A stretch of 63,375 nt of DNA, counting the filler, from Octopus bimaculoides (Eukaryota): NCBI RefSeq assembly GCF_001194135.2. It is 4 parts of 4 records of this genome, joined end to end, with 100 filler letters (N's around TTAATTAATTAA, not from the genome) between each part and the next. Parts side by side here need not be neighbours in the genome. Positions count along the whole stretch, not along the records: positions 1 to 30,543 come from NC_068982.1; 3 more parts are not named here. The stretch is one strand, 5' to 3'. A program made the translations under genes and the position numbers. Shown here piece by piece: positions 1-12,177 of the stretch. Under the pieces are notes generated by a model. The model ran no database searches. It was not told the origin of the DNA and saw nothing but the letters and a program-made list of their open reading frames with translations. Positions within the stretch are counted from its first letter, which is position 1, and the number at the start of each line of letters is the position of its first letter.

Positions 1-41
<41 letters not shown>

Positions 42-971
42 GCTTAAGCGACACTTATATACATATATATACACATAGTTAAACACAAGAGTAAAAGTTT
101 TCGGGAAATGTATAGTGGGTTACGGCAGTCTTAGTACACATATAGTTATAATCATCTATAGCTCTCGTCTAAAACTTGTGGCCTCGTGTTTATTTATGTC
201 AGAAACCAAAGATGTACGTGTATATATTGCTGGTAATATGTTAAACGTTGTGGCAATGCACAATAGGAATATATTTTATATATTATATATATATATATAT
301 ACATTCATGCACTCATATATGTATATGATGTATTATATGTGTATGCTTCGTATGAGTGTATGCATATGTATATGTATNNNNNNNNNNNNNNNNNNNNNNN
401 NNNNNNNNNNNNNNNNNNNNNNNNNNNNNNNNNNNNNNNNNNNNNNNNNNNNNNNNNNNNNNNNNNNNNNNNNNNNNNNNNNNNNNNNNNNNNNNNNNNN
501 NNNNNNNNNNNNNNNNNNNNNNNNNNNNNNNNNNNNNNNNNNNNNNNNNNNNNNNNNNNNNNNNNNNNNNNNNNNNNNNNNNNNNNNNNNNNNNNNNNNN
601 NNNNNNNNNNNNNNNNNNNNNNNNNNNNNNNNNNNNNNNNNNNNNNNNNNNNNNNNNNNNNNNNNNNNNNNNNNNNNNNNNNNNNNNNNNNNNNNNNNNN
701 NNNNNNNNNNNNNNNNNNNNNNNNNNNNNNNNNNNNNNNNNNNNNNNNNNNNNNNNNNNNNNNNNNNNNNNNNNNNNNNNNNNNNNNNNNNNNNNNNNNN
801 NNNNNNNNNNNNNNNNNNNNNNNNNNNNNNNNNNNNNNNNNNNNNNNNNNNNNNNNNNNNNNNNNNNNNNNNNNNNNNNNNNNNNNNNNNNNNNNNNNNN
901 NNNNNNNNNNNNNNNNNNNNNNNNNNNNNNNNNNNNNNNNNNNNNNNNNNNNNNNNNNNNNNNNNNNNNNN

Positions 972-1025
<54 letters not shown>

Positions 1026-1816
1026 TTTCACTACATATATATATATATATATATATACATATATATATGCATATATGTATATACATTGCCATATATACCT
1101 TTTGAACGGTATCCCAAGAGTCAATCGAGGTGTTTTCACCCTCACCTGCGCGAAAAATACTTTCCTTCTTCCGCTGTGATGGTAAGTGTTGGAGTGGTAA
1201 GTGTAACGCACACACTGCTTGTATTCTCTGGCGACGACGAAATCATTGGTGACGAGAGTGGTACTAGTGAAGGTTGTGGCAGTGATGAAACAGTGGTAGT
1301 GGTAGGATGTTGTTATTTTGTTTGGTGATGGAAGCGATTGTGGGAACGCCGGTTCCTGCGGTTACAGGGACAACAGCAGCCGTTGTGGCAATAACAGCAG
1401 CAGCAGCAGCAGCAGCAGTAACAGCAGCAGCGGTAGTAGTGGTGGTGGTGGTAATAGTGGTAGTAGTTGTAGTAGTAACAAAAGCAGCAGCAGCAGTAGT
1501 TACAAGAACAGCCACATCAACGCCAGCAAAACACAACGACCAACCACTGTTGCAGCAAAACAACCTACTATAGTTGTTGCAGTTTTTTGTTGTTGTTACA
1601 GTAGCAGTCATGCTACATACATACGATCATACACACATACATAAACACGAGTACGCGCACATATTCACATATATATATACACAGACATATACATATATAT
1701 GCATATCAGTACATATTTAAATATGTATATATACGTTTATATATATATATGTATACACACACATTATATATGTATATATATGTATGTATATATGTATGTA
1801 TATATATATATGTATG

Positions 1817-1869
<53 letters not shown>

Positions 1870-1898
1870 TATNNNNNNNNNNNNNNNNNNNNNNNNNN

Positions 1899-1945
<47 letters not shown>

Positions 1946-1950
1946 GCCTC

Positions 1951-2098
1951 AGGAGTGGCTGTGTTGTAAGAAACATGCTTCCCAGCCACGCAGTTCCGGG
2001 TTCAGTCCTACTGCAGGGCACATTGGGCAAGTGTCTTTTACTATAGCCTCGGGCCGACCAAAGCCTCGTGAGTAGATTTGGTAGAAAGAAGCCTGTCG

Positions 2099-2153
<55 letters not shown>

Positions 2154-2363
2154 CTGTGTTTGTCCCCCCTATCATCACTTGACAATCGGTGTTGGTGTGT
2201 TTACGTTCCCATTGTCTAGCTGTTCGCGCAAGACAGACCGATAGAATAAGTACCGGGCTTAGAAAATAAGTATTGGGGTCGGATCATTAGACTAAAAATT
2301 CAAGGTGGTGCTCCAGCATGGCCTCAGACTAATGACTGAAATGGGTAAACGATAAAAGATAAA
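1951..2363 (+). mobile_element. tRNA-derived SINE family B (head, internal TA/TG microsatellite, tail ending in AAAAGA-type repeats)
   Basis: Head GGAGTGGCTGTGTTGTAAG...GGGTTCAGTCC has A/B-box-like motifs; body GGGCAAGTGTCTT..ACTATAGCCTCGGGCCGACCAAAGC and tail GGTGCTCCAGCATGGCC..GACTGAAA recur at many other positions in the window. Confidence 0.85.
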
Positions 2364-2513
2364 GTTTAAGCAAACAGATAGGGAATGTGTTGCGTTACGT
2401 AGATATTTCAAGGGCTGAATGGAAAGATTTCACGAAAAGAAGACAACGGAAAGTTAACAAAAACAAACGGAAAAGTTAATTTTCCATTGTTGCGTTTTCG
2501 TCAAATTTTTTCT

Positions 2514-2562
<49 letters not shown>

Positions 2563-3455
2563 CATGTATGTGTGTATATTATTTTCATCCTTTACTGGCT
2601 TCAGTCATTGGATTGTGGCCATTCTGAGACACCGCCTTCTTCACGAGGCCTATCATATCGATTCTAGCAAATATTTCAGTCTCATTCTTATCTTACCGAT
2701 CAAAGTGTGTCGAACAAGATGACAAGACATATTGGGACACCTCCTACATAATATAAATATAGACACAGGCATATACGCGCCCCCTCTACCATATATANNN
2801 NNNNNNNNNNNNNNNNNNNNNNNNNNNNNNNNNNNNNNNNNNNNNNNNNNNNNNNNNNNNNNNNNNNNNNNNNNNNNNNNNNNNNNNNNNNNNNNNNNNN
2901 NNNNNNNNNNNNNNNNNNNNNNNNNNNNNNNNNNNNNNNNNNNNNNNNNNNNNNNNNNNNNNNNNNNNNNNNNNNNNNNNNNNNNNNNNNNNNNNNNNNN
3001 NNNNNNNNNNNNNNNNNNNNNNNNNNNNNNNNNNNNNNNNNNNNNNNNNNNNNNNNNNNNNNNNNNNNNNNNNNNNNNNNNNNNNNNNNNNNNNNNNNNN
3101 NNNNNNNNNNNNNNNNNNNNNNNNNNNNNNNNNNNNNNNNNNNNNNNNNNNNNNNNNNNNNNNNNNNNNNNNNNNNNNNNNNNNNNNNNNNNNNNNNNNN
3201 NNNNNNNNNNNNNNNNNNNNNNNNNNNNNNNNNNNNNNNNNNNNNNNNNNNNNNNNNNNNNNNNNNNNNNNNNNNNNNNNNNNNNNNNNNNNNNNNNNNN
3301 NNNNNNNNNNNNNNNNNNNNNNNNNNNNNNNNNNNNNNNNNNNNNNNNNNNNNNNNNNNNNNNNNNNNNNNNNNNNNNNNNNNNNNNNNNNNNNNNNNNN
3401 NNNNNNNNNNNNNNNNNNNNNNNNNNNNNNNNNNNNNNNGCATATATATATATAT

Positions 3456-3515
<60 letters not shown>

Positions 3516-4503
3516 GATACTCATATATAATTTCATAGATGCATAACATATTTACGTATTTTTTTGTGTGTATGTGCGTGTGTGTATTTATGTGTTTATG
3601 TGTGTATATCTACATCAGTGTATACATATACATAAATATTAAGTTTCAGCTTTTGGCACAAGGCCAGATACGTATATATAAATATTTATATGCAGTGATA
3701 TATAACGCGTTTATATTTACACGCACACACTTCTATCTATCTATTCATTTCCTTCTTCCTCTATTCTTTATATATATTTTTCTTTTTCCAGTAAGAGGGT
3801 CCGACCATGTTGGAGCACCGCTGTTTTAGAGATTACTGGTTTATTTACTTTAATTTCTACGGCCCTCTCGATTTGGTGAAAATGGGGATTTGACAACACC
3901 GCCCTTATTTTCGTTTCTTGCTGTGATGAAGGTTCATCTCGTACCCTAGATAAATATTTGCTTAAGTGTTTTCTGAAATACTTCCAGATCTCCGCCTCCT
4001 AAAATATCCCAGTCCCCTACACCTCCACCTTTTTATTCCGTTTTAAAATTTTTCTTTAACAAGGTGTTGAAATGCTGTAGGCACATGAACCCTAAAATGT
4101 TGCAGTATCAAGTCTTTAATCTATGTAGAGAGGGTGAGATACTTGGTATTAAGCAGTGGCATTTGGTTCGGAGGGTAACATGCGGTAGAACCCACTTCGA
4201 GGCTAATATACAAAGGCATCCAATTCGGTGAGATATTATGCATTGGCGTCTTATTCGGTGGTGACGCTGTGGGTTCTAGTTCGGACACAACTTTATTGTC
4301 TAAGTTAATATTGGTGATCAACTTACAAAAACCAACAAAATATTTACTGATGGTGGGATCTTTGCATTTATCGACAATAGAGACACGACATGTAAGTGTG
4401 GGTGTGTATGTATAAATTTAGATAAGCTTAGATATGTTACGGTCAAAAATACGCCCAGGCCATGTCTAACTTAAGAGCAACACACACACACACACACACA
4501 CAC

Positions 4504-4553
<50 letters not shown>

Positions 4554-4673
4554 NNNNNNNNNNTATATACATGTATGCATACATATATATACATAGATAT
4601 ATATGTATGTATATATTTATATTGTTAAATCTTTGAACGAGGTATAAACATATATATATATATATATATATAC

Positions 4674-4767
<94 letters not shown>

Positions 4768-5434
4768 TATCCATGCTCACACGTGCACACACACATATAC
4801 ACATACACACATACATAGTACATACATACATACATACTGGAATTGGAGAATTCAATACCTAGCAGAGATCAATAATTTTACACTAGTTTGGGAATATTCA
4901 GAACCCTTTATACCCCGCCCATAATATACACAATATATCGCATAGATTTTTTAAAATTTCTAATATTTAATTTGGTATATTACTGTATTAGTAATACTTT
5001 ATTTTAAAGATTATTTCTTTTGGTTACCTTTTTGTTCTTTATTGATATAACTATTTATCGTAATGTGTTTGATATCCCCTTATTGCTATTGTTGATATCA
5101 CCCTTTTTCACAACGCCAATCCTCTTCACTGCTTATTCTTCCTTGTACTGTCCTTCATGCCTTGAGTTTCACTCTGTAGTCAATGAATGAAATCATACCG
5201 GCTCCTGTTGGGAAGAAAGTCAAAGTAATTCAAACCCTGAAAATCGTCCTCAAACTGGTTTTGTTTATTACTTCTTTCCATGATCTCTCTCATCTAGGTT
5301 TAAGCTTTAATACACCCGAGAGTCGATAAAATAAGAGTACCAGTCAAGTACTCTGGTCGGCGTAATCTACTAACATCGCTTCTTTCATAGTTGGTAGACT
5401 TCAGCTTAAATAGGAAACCAATATAAAAGCGACG

Positions 5435-6400
5435 AGTTGGTAGGATCGTTACTGCGACGGATTAAATGCTTAGCGGCATTTTGTCCATCTTTACTTTGTG
5501 TGTTCAAAATTTGCCTTCATCTCTTTAGGGGTCGATAAAATAAGTACCAGTTGTGCACTATGGTCGGATGTAATCTGCCTGCCCCCTTCCTGAAATTTCA
5601 GGCCTTGTGCTTATAATAGAAAAGATTATCATTATTACGCCGGGCAAAATGCTTAGCGGCAATGCGACCATCTTTACATTCTGTGTTCATATTCCGCCGA
5701 GGTCGACTTTGCTTTCATCCTTTCGGGGTCGATAAATTAAGTGCCAGTTGAGTACTGGGGGTCGATGTTATCGACTATCCCACTCCCCTAAATTTTAGGC
5801 CTTGTGCCTATAGTAGAAGGGATTACTGTTATTATTATTATATAATGGGCGATGCATTAACAGATTCATTCGGGCGTCTGGTAAAATGCCGTGCGATATT
5901 CAATCGGGCACTTTACTTACTGAAATTGAATCCCAGCTTTGCCTTTCACCCTTCCGTAGTCAAATAATTATATAAAGTAGAGTCCAAGTACTGAATTGAT
6001 TTAATCAATTAACCGCGCCGCACCTACAAAAATTCTGCCTTGTGCCTGTACAGCAGCTCTCAAGATTCGTCACTACGTATCCGTGCGAGTAAAATGAAAA
6101 ATAGTTCCGCGTGTATATACAGGAAGTCTTCACGATTTGCCTTAGATATCGTTATATTACACATTTATAAGCGATGGGGGAGGAAGGCCAACTGGCGGAA
6201 GCGTTAGAGTGCCGTAATATATGCCATGTGTCATTTCTCCAGACACTTTACTTTCCGATTTCGAATCCCGCCGAAATCAACTTTACTTTTCATTCTTTCA
6301 TGGTCAATAAAATAAAATACCAGTTAAGTATGGAAATCGATGATATCGACTTGCACCTACTTTCAAAAGCTTCTGGCTTCCTGCCCTTAAGCAGAAACCA
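5435..6400 (+). mobile_element. Cluster of four or more co-oriented copies of tRNA-derived SINE family A
   Basis: Repeated blocks AAATGCTTAGCGGC...TTCAAAT/CATATTCCGCCGAGGTCGACTTTGC..TCATCCTTTCGGGGTCGATAAA.TAAGTACCAG...GCCTTGTGCC at about 5435-5633, 5636-5830, 5845-6050 and 6240-6400, with differing decay. Confidence 0.8.
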
Positions 6401-6495
6401 TTATTGTTCCGGTAAGTTGATGTCGCATTCGATGTCCAGATCATCTTTGATTCTGCAGAACTATAACCAAATGCGTTCCTATGAGACTATCTAAT

Positions 6496-6852
6496 TTTTC
6501 CCTTTTGTTTTAGTTACTGGACTGCGGCCATTCTGGAACACCGTATTGAAGGGTGGAGTCGAACAAATGGACCACACAACTTATTTTAAAGTCTGGCATC
6601 AGTCTCTTTTGGCCGAACCGCTAAGTTACGGGACATAAAGAAACCAAACTGCTTGTTACGCACAAAGACACGCACCCGCACATAGACATACACACATACA
6701 TGCGACGGGCTTCCACACAGTTTCCGTCTACCAAATCCGCTCAAAAGCATTAGTCGGCGCGGAGCTATAGTAGAAGGCACTTACCCAAAGTGCTGCGTTG
6801 TAGGATTGAACTAGAAACCACGTGGTTGCAAAGCGAGGATCTTAACCACAAG
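6496..6852 (-). mobile_element. SINE family B copy
   Basis: Reverse complement of the 1951-2363 family, including the internal CA/TG-rich segment. Confidence 0.8.
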
Positions 6853-7333
6853 GCCCATTCATGTTTTAAAAAGTTTATTTTTTTATTCAGAAGACGCATC
6901 TATGACATTATCCAATGTCACTTTTTCTTTTAAAGAATTTTCAATGATGATGATGATGACGATGGTGGTGATGGTGGTGGTGGAAGTGGTGGTGGTGGTG
7001 GTGGTGGTTGTGGTGATGGTGGTGGTGGTGTGGTAGCGGTGGTGGTAGTAGTGATGTTCGATTGTTTAGAGAATTACAAAGACAGTAATTGTGGTAGCGA
7101 GTAAAAGTGATAGTAGACCGTAATTGTAACATTGGACGGTGGTGTGGGTGGTGTGGGTGGTGTTATGTTGGTTGGCTCCAGTGGTTGTTGTTGTTGTTGC
7201 TGGAGGTTATTGCAGAAGTGATGTTGATAAAACATATCAGTGTATTCTCATAGTTATTGTGATGGTGTGGTGCATGTGCTGCCTGATGTAGAAAGGGTGG
7301 TAGTTACAACTGTACAAAAAAAAAGCGGTGACG

Positions 7334-7376
<43 letters not shown>

Positions 7377-8620
7377 TAGTATTTGTTAGTAGTAGTAGTT
7401 GTAGCTTGTGACGTCTGAGTAGATATGATAGTGTTTATTATTGTTTTCTGCTACTGCTGTCATTGTAGCTGCTGGAACGACTAGGAGGAGAAACGGGGCG
7501 GAGCAAGATCGGTTGGGTAGGGCCAGTTGGCAGTTGTAATAAACCGGGTGGTTAAACGCTAACAATGAGTAAGTCGGGTTTTATTATTCATATAGTTTTT
7601 TTTTTTAAACTCCTCATGAGTTGTCACTTTACTTGGAGTCAACTGAGCTTACTTCAATGACTCATTCACTCACTGACCTCTGAAGATATGCCTGACTTCC
7701 AGTGACTCTTATTTACTCGGAGTGAATGAAACTGATTTATCGTTGTTTGGCATCAGATCAGTGATCGAACAGGTTTATTATGAAAAGAGGTCTCACACGT
7801 GATCGTCCTGTTTTATTTCGAGTTTAGTGTACCTTGGACTACCTTATCCCGATGTGTACTGCCACATTTTAAAAACCCTTTGCCTCTCCTCTGTATTACA
7901 TGTGAATACACAGATCATATTTCTATGGCGTCCATGGATCATAATACGATACAGATTCCGGATTTTTTTTCTTATCATCAGAATGCTTTGAGACTTGTGA
8001 AAGGAAAGCTTTATATTACTCAGAACGTATGAAACAAGGGCTAACTAAAAGTCTGTAAACAAACGTGGACATTAAGGACAAACTTATGAAGAGCCTTTGG
8101 ACAGGCAAAAGGATAAGGCAGGGATATGGTTTAATGCAGATTTTACTGATATTTCCAGCCGGTCATACAACATTATGTTTGTTTAACAGTTTGTCTCACT
8201 GCTTGATTGTCAGTGAGAGCCGATTAACGTTACAGGTTGCACATAAATTGGATTAAACCATAAATACATATAGAGGTACCATACATAAGATCTATACTCT
8301 TTAGTGTTTTCGGGATAATTCATAAATAGCTTTCTGCAAGCTTGTTGAAATTCGACTCACGTTAATGCATGTCAATTTTACATGGCTATCACCGCTTACT
8401 GTTCGTGATGTTTCTTTACAGTTGTAAATGAGCTGAATCATTGACTCTTATACATCATTTCGACAGTGACGAATGGTTGTCAAACCCCTCAGTCAACTCA
8501 GCCATATTTGGTTCCTCATTGGGTTACCTGGTGCAATACTACAATACTACAATACTACATGGGACGTTGTAGAAGGATATAGTCAATAATAATGGAAGCC
8601 GGTCCGTCCAACCATATGTG

Positions 8621-8681
<61 letters not shown>

Positions 8682-8687
8682 TTATCT

Positions 8688-9035
8688 CTTAGCGGCATTT
8701 CGTCCGTCTTTACGTTATGAGTTCAAATTTCGTCAAGGTCGACTTTGCCTTTCATCCTTTCGGGGTCGATATAATCGACTAGCCCCTCTCGTCAAAACCT
8801 TTGGGGTTGATGTAATCGACTAACCCCTCGCGTCAAAACCTTTGAAACTAATATTATCATTTTAGCTGGTAGAATTGTTAACGCGTCGAACGAGTTGTTC
8901 AGCAGTATTTTTTCCTACTCTTTACTTCTGAGTTCAAATTCTGCCTTTGAGGTTCATAAAATAAGCAGAAGTTGAGCACAGAGATCGATATAATCGACTA
9001 AATCCCTACCTGTAGAAATGCCTTGCACTAAAGTC
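8688..9035 (+). mobile_element. Two SINE family A copies; the first has an internal ~43 bp tandem duplication
   Basis: CTTAGCGGCATTTCGTCCGTCTTTACG..GAGTTCAAATT; TAATCGACTA.CCCCTC.CGTCAAAACCTTTG occurs twice at about 8772-8845. Confidence 0.75.
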
Positions 9036-10069
9036 TGAATCCTGTTTCATCGTTTTGTGATAGTTATAAGTTTTGTGAGTGACAGGGTGTAAGGCGTGTT
9101 GATCGAACCGTTAATAAAGTTTTAGATTCTTTAGTTGATTCCTTGTTAGACAACTTTTTACCTTCATTTATGTTACTACTGTCATTGGGAAATGCATGAA
9201 CATCACAACCTACTCGTTTTATTTTCTGAACTTAAAATCCAACTGCCACGGAGTAACAGGTAACATTTGAAAACTCGATGCGGTTCCAAGTCCGTTTTGA
9301 ATCGATTTCATTTCAACAAACTCTTTAAGAATGGGCTAATTTATTCTATTTTCTATTTTCTTTTGCTCTAAATACAGTGTCAGTTCTTAGATATAAATAA
9401 AGCGTTATCATGTTTATTTTTAACATAAATTAAAATTTTGTCTCTGTAATAGTCACACTGTACTGTGCTTCTCGTAGTTTTAATGCCAGAGCATTTCCTT
9501 CATTATTTTTCAGCCTGACAGGCAATTAAAACTTTAAATAAAATAATTTGAAAATATTTATAGAATTATTGTGATAGTGTGATCGTAAAGCTCTGATGAT
9601 AAGGTCATAGGTGGAAGCATAGCTGTAACTGGAAAAGCGATGGCGTTGATGGCGGTGAAGTTGGAGAGCTGCACCTGTAGTGTCGTAGTAAATCTCACCT
9701 TCATTTAAATAATATATGCGCGAGAGTTTCTTTTGTTTTTGTTATTTTGCTTTTCATTGATTTGGTGTGAAGAAAAGGGATTTTCCTATGGCATCCATTG
9801 GCACTCTGTAATTGATACCGTTAACGTTTCGCTTGAAACTTCTGAAAGTCGACGGCTGCAAGAAAAGACAAGAAAAGAAGTTCAAGGAGGGAAACCTAGA
9901 GAATCTATGCTTTGGATATAAAGGATGTCGTGATGATTTTGGATTTGTGTGCTAATTTTGGAAAGCATTTGTAGAGGAATGTTGAAGTTGTTTCAAGACA
10001 AACAAACAAGTATCGACACTTATAGATGCAGATTCCAAATGTGTTACATCAGAATCAGAGAAGAACATA

Positions 10070-10270
10070 ATTTAAATATACAAATATCCACGTTTAGTTT
10101 AAATATATAGATGTCTACATATAGATATCCGCACTCAGTTTAGTCATATAGAAAGATGTCAACACACATTAAACATATTGATATCCACATTCAATTTAAA
10201 TATTTAAATATCTACGTTCATTTTAAATACATAGATGTCAACACTCAGTTTAAATATACAAATGTCCACA
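10070..10270. repeat. Degenerate ~27 bp minisatellite
   Basis: Recurring unit resembling TTTAAATATAYAGATRTCYACAYTCA. Confidence 0.6.
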
Positions 10271-10487
10271 TTCATTTTATATACAGAACAAATGCTTCCT
10301 TCAAGCAACGTCAGCTTAACCATTTAACCATCCGTTAGTTAACATGTTTATTTGTTGAGTTCTTTGATTAGCATAAGCTGATAGATTTGATGTTGAAAAG
10401 AGGAGGAGGAGGTTTATATTCGATTTAATCGATGCCAGAGGATGACTAGTACTTATTGTTATCGGCTCCTACTTAGAATAAAGTAAA

Positions 10488-10544
10488 AACAAGAGCACTC
10501 AGGGAGCGCAAAGCTCTGCCAAGGCAACACCAATGCCCCAATCG
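10488..10544 (+). mobile_element. 5' part of a non-autonomous interspersed repeat (probable Helentron-associated HINE/DINE-like), interrupted at 10545
   Basis: AACAAGAGCACTCAGGGAGCGCAAAGCTCTGCCAAGGC; AGCTCTGCC matches the reverse complement of GGCGGAGGT at ~13832 at 7/9 positions. Linking the two halves also relies on my recollection of the family consensus. Confidence 0.45.
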
Positions 10545-12177
10545 TTTTTATTGCCCGCCAAGGGGCGAACACAGAGGGGACAATACATCACATGTGGGGA
10601 CACAAAACAAAGAAAAAAATAGGACAACGTATGAAAAACATGAAATGACAAATGAAATGAAAATATGTAATGAAGCTACTCGGCCCCACCTTCGAGTAGC
10701 TCCATTTATACCTTTCTTCCTTTTTTAAACCTCGTTCCTTCCAGTATATCCACCTTGCACTCCTGTAAATGTTCCATATATTCCATACAATCCGGCAACC
10801 TATTTATTATATCAATATTCACTCTCCAACAAATGAACCCGTATTTAAACCTTTCTATTTTTGCCTTCAGTTCCTCTGAAATCAGTAAGCATATATGCAC
10901 CCACTTCATATTATCTTCATTCATTTTAACAAACCCTATGTATTTCCACTTCATTGTTTCTCTGATCAGTTCATTATTTGAGTCATCTAACATGCACATT
11001 ATTTCTTTAGCCGGGGAAGTTTGGTGGTTCTTGCGTGCTAGTCTTTTCTTTTTTTGTTTTTGTGTCGGGTAGGAGAAGGTAGGTTTGATGTCTGTGGGAG
11101 AAGGGTGGGGCTGAGAAGGTGTGGATGGGGTGGGTGCGGGTTGCGGTTGCCTTTTCCTTTTGTTCCTACTCTCCACTGTCTTCCACATCTCATCATTCTC
11201 CTTCATTTCTTCTGATGGTAAATCCTCCTCCGCTTTCGCTGATTCCCTGGGTTCCTCCTGGGTTCCCTTGGTCGGTGAAGGGCAGTCCGCTCTGATGTGA
11301 CCCTTTAGGCCATATTTAAAGCATCGAGGGATTCTGCCCTCCACCTTCACTCTCAGTACTGTGTCCTCAACTGAGACAGTTTCTATCATGTTTTCCAAGT
11401 TTTTTTGTGATCCCTGAATGATCATAAGTAACGTTTGTCCTCTCCAATTTGTATTCTCAGTCATAGTTACGTGGAGGACTGCTATTTCATCCTGGTTACC
11501 TGCCGCCACCCAGGCCACATCAATTTCGAGTGGAATCCCCTCTACCCTAACCCTGGAAGCTCGTCTTCCAAGATATGTGGGTAGAAGTACCACACCCAGT
11601 TCTTAAAGGAGTTGCCGAGTACTGTTATGCTTGAGCTGCCTCTCTAAGGCGAACCTCCACTGTACCAAATTTACTTCCCCTGGCAAGATATGTAATATCT
11701 TGCCAGATTGGTTTCAAGGCCTTCTCTGTTTTCTCTGTTGGCATAATTTCAATTTTCTTCGCTTCTGTAGAATAAACTTTGTAGATAACCGTTTTTTCGT
11801 TCTTAACTTTCATGACTCCTTGAGGAAGGGACAACTTTACATCGCCACCCTCTATTTAACACCTTTTTTTTTCTATCTCTTTAACTTGGTTAAATCCACA
11901 TCCTTATTCTGTACCTCTGCAACTTTTGCAAAACATTTTTTCTCTTCCATTTTCTTGTCTATTTCCTTAATATATGTTACAAGTTCATCTTCCGAGGAAG
12001 ACATCCCCGAGGAGCTGCAGTCCTCGTATATCATTTCAAAACAAGCTGCCACAAAGCAGCAAAAACAGTTCACAAAAGTGTTCAAACGAACACTAACACA
12101 AAATCTCAACACAAAATTTTAGCACAAAAATTCAACACGTCTTAACACTATGAAAAATACCAGTAGAGTAACTTTGA
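10545..12177 (-). mobile_element. Copy A of an ORF1/gag-only non-LTR-like element (Tx1/L1-type ORF1), no ORF2
   Basis: Disrupted ~440-codon frame from ~12030 to TAA at 10706, then a ~160 bp 3' UTR with a hairpin and AATAAAAA at the end. About 80-85% similar by eye to adjacent copy B. Confidence 0.75.
10706..12030 (-). pseudogene. Gag/ORF1-like nucleic-acid-binding protein with zinc knuckle (disrupted)
   Basis: Track ORFs 11873-12112, 11625-11834 and 10706-11593 join into one protein broken by stops/frameshifts. Contains an RRM-like GTVEVRL..RVRVEGIP region, the knuckle RCFKYGLKGHIRADCP (second Cys changed to Tyr), a Pro-rich tract and basic clusters RNKRKR and QKKKR. Confidence 0.75.

Noticed and set aside
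1264-1644. Ser/Ala/Thr/Val-rich ORFs on both strands
   Set aside because: They are translations of CAG/TAG/GGT trinucleotide tracts with no splice or domain support; the same applies at 6941-7132 and 42329-42746.
4129-4391. Possible exon bounded by TAG| and |GTAAGT
   Set aside because: All three frames contain stops across the interval and no domain is recognisable.
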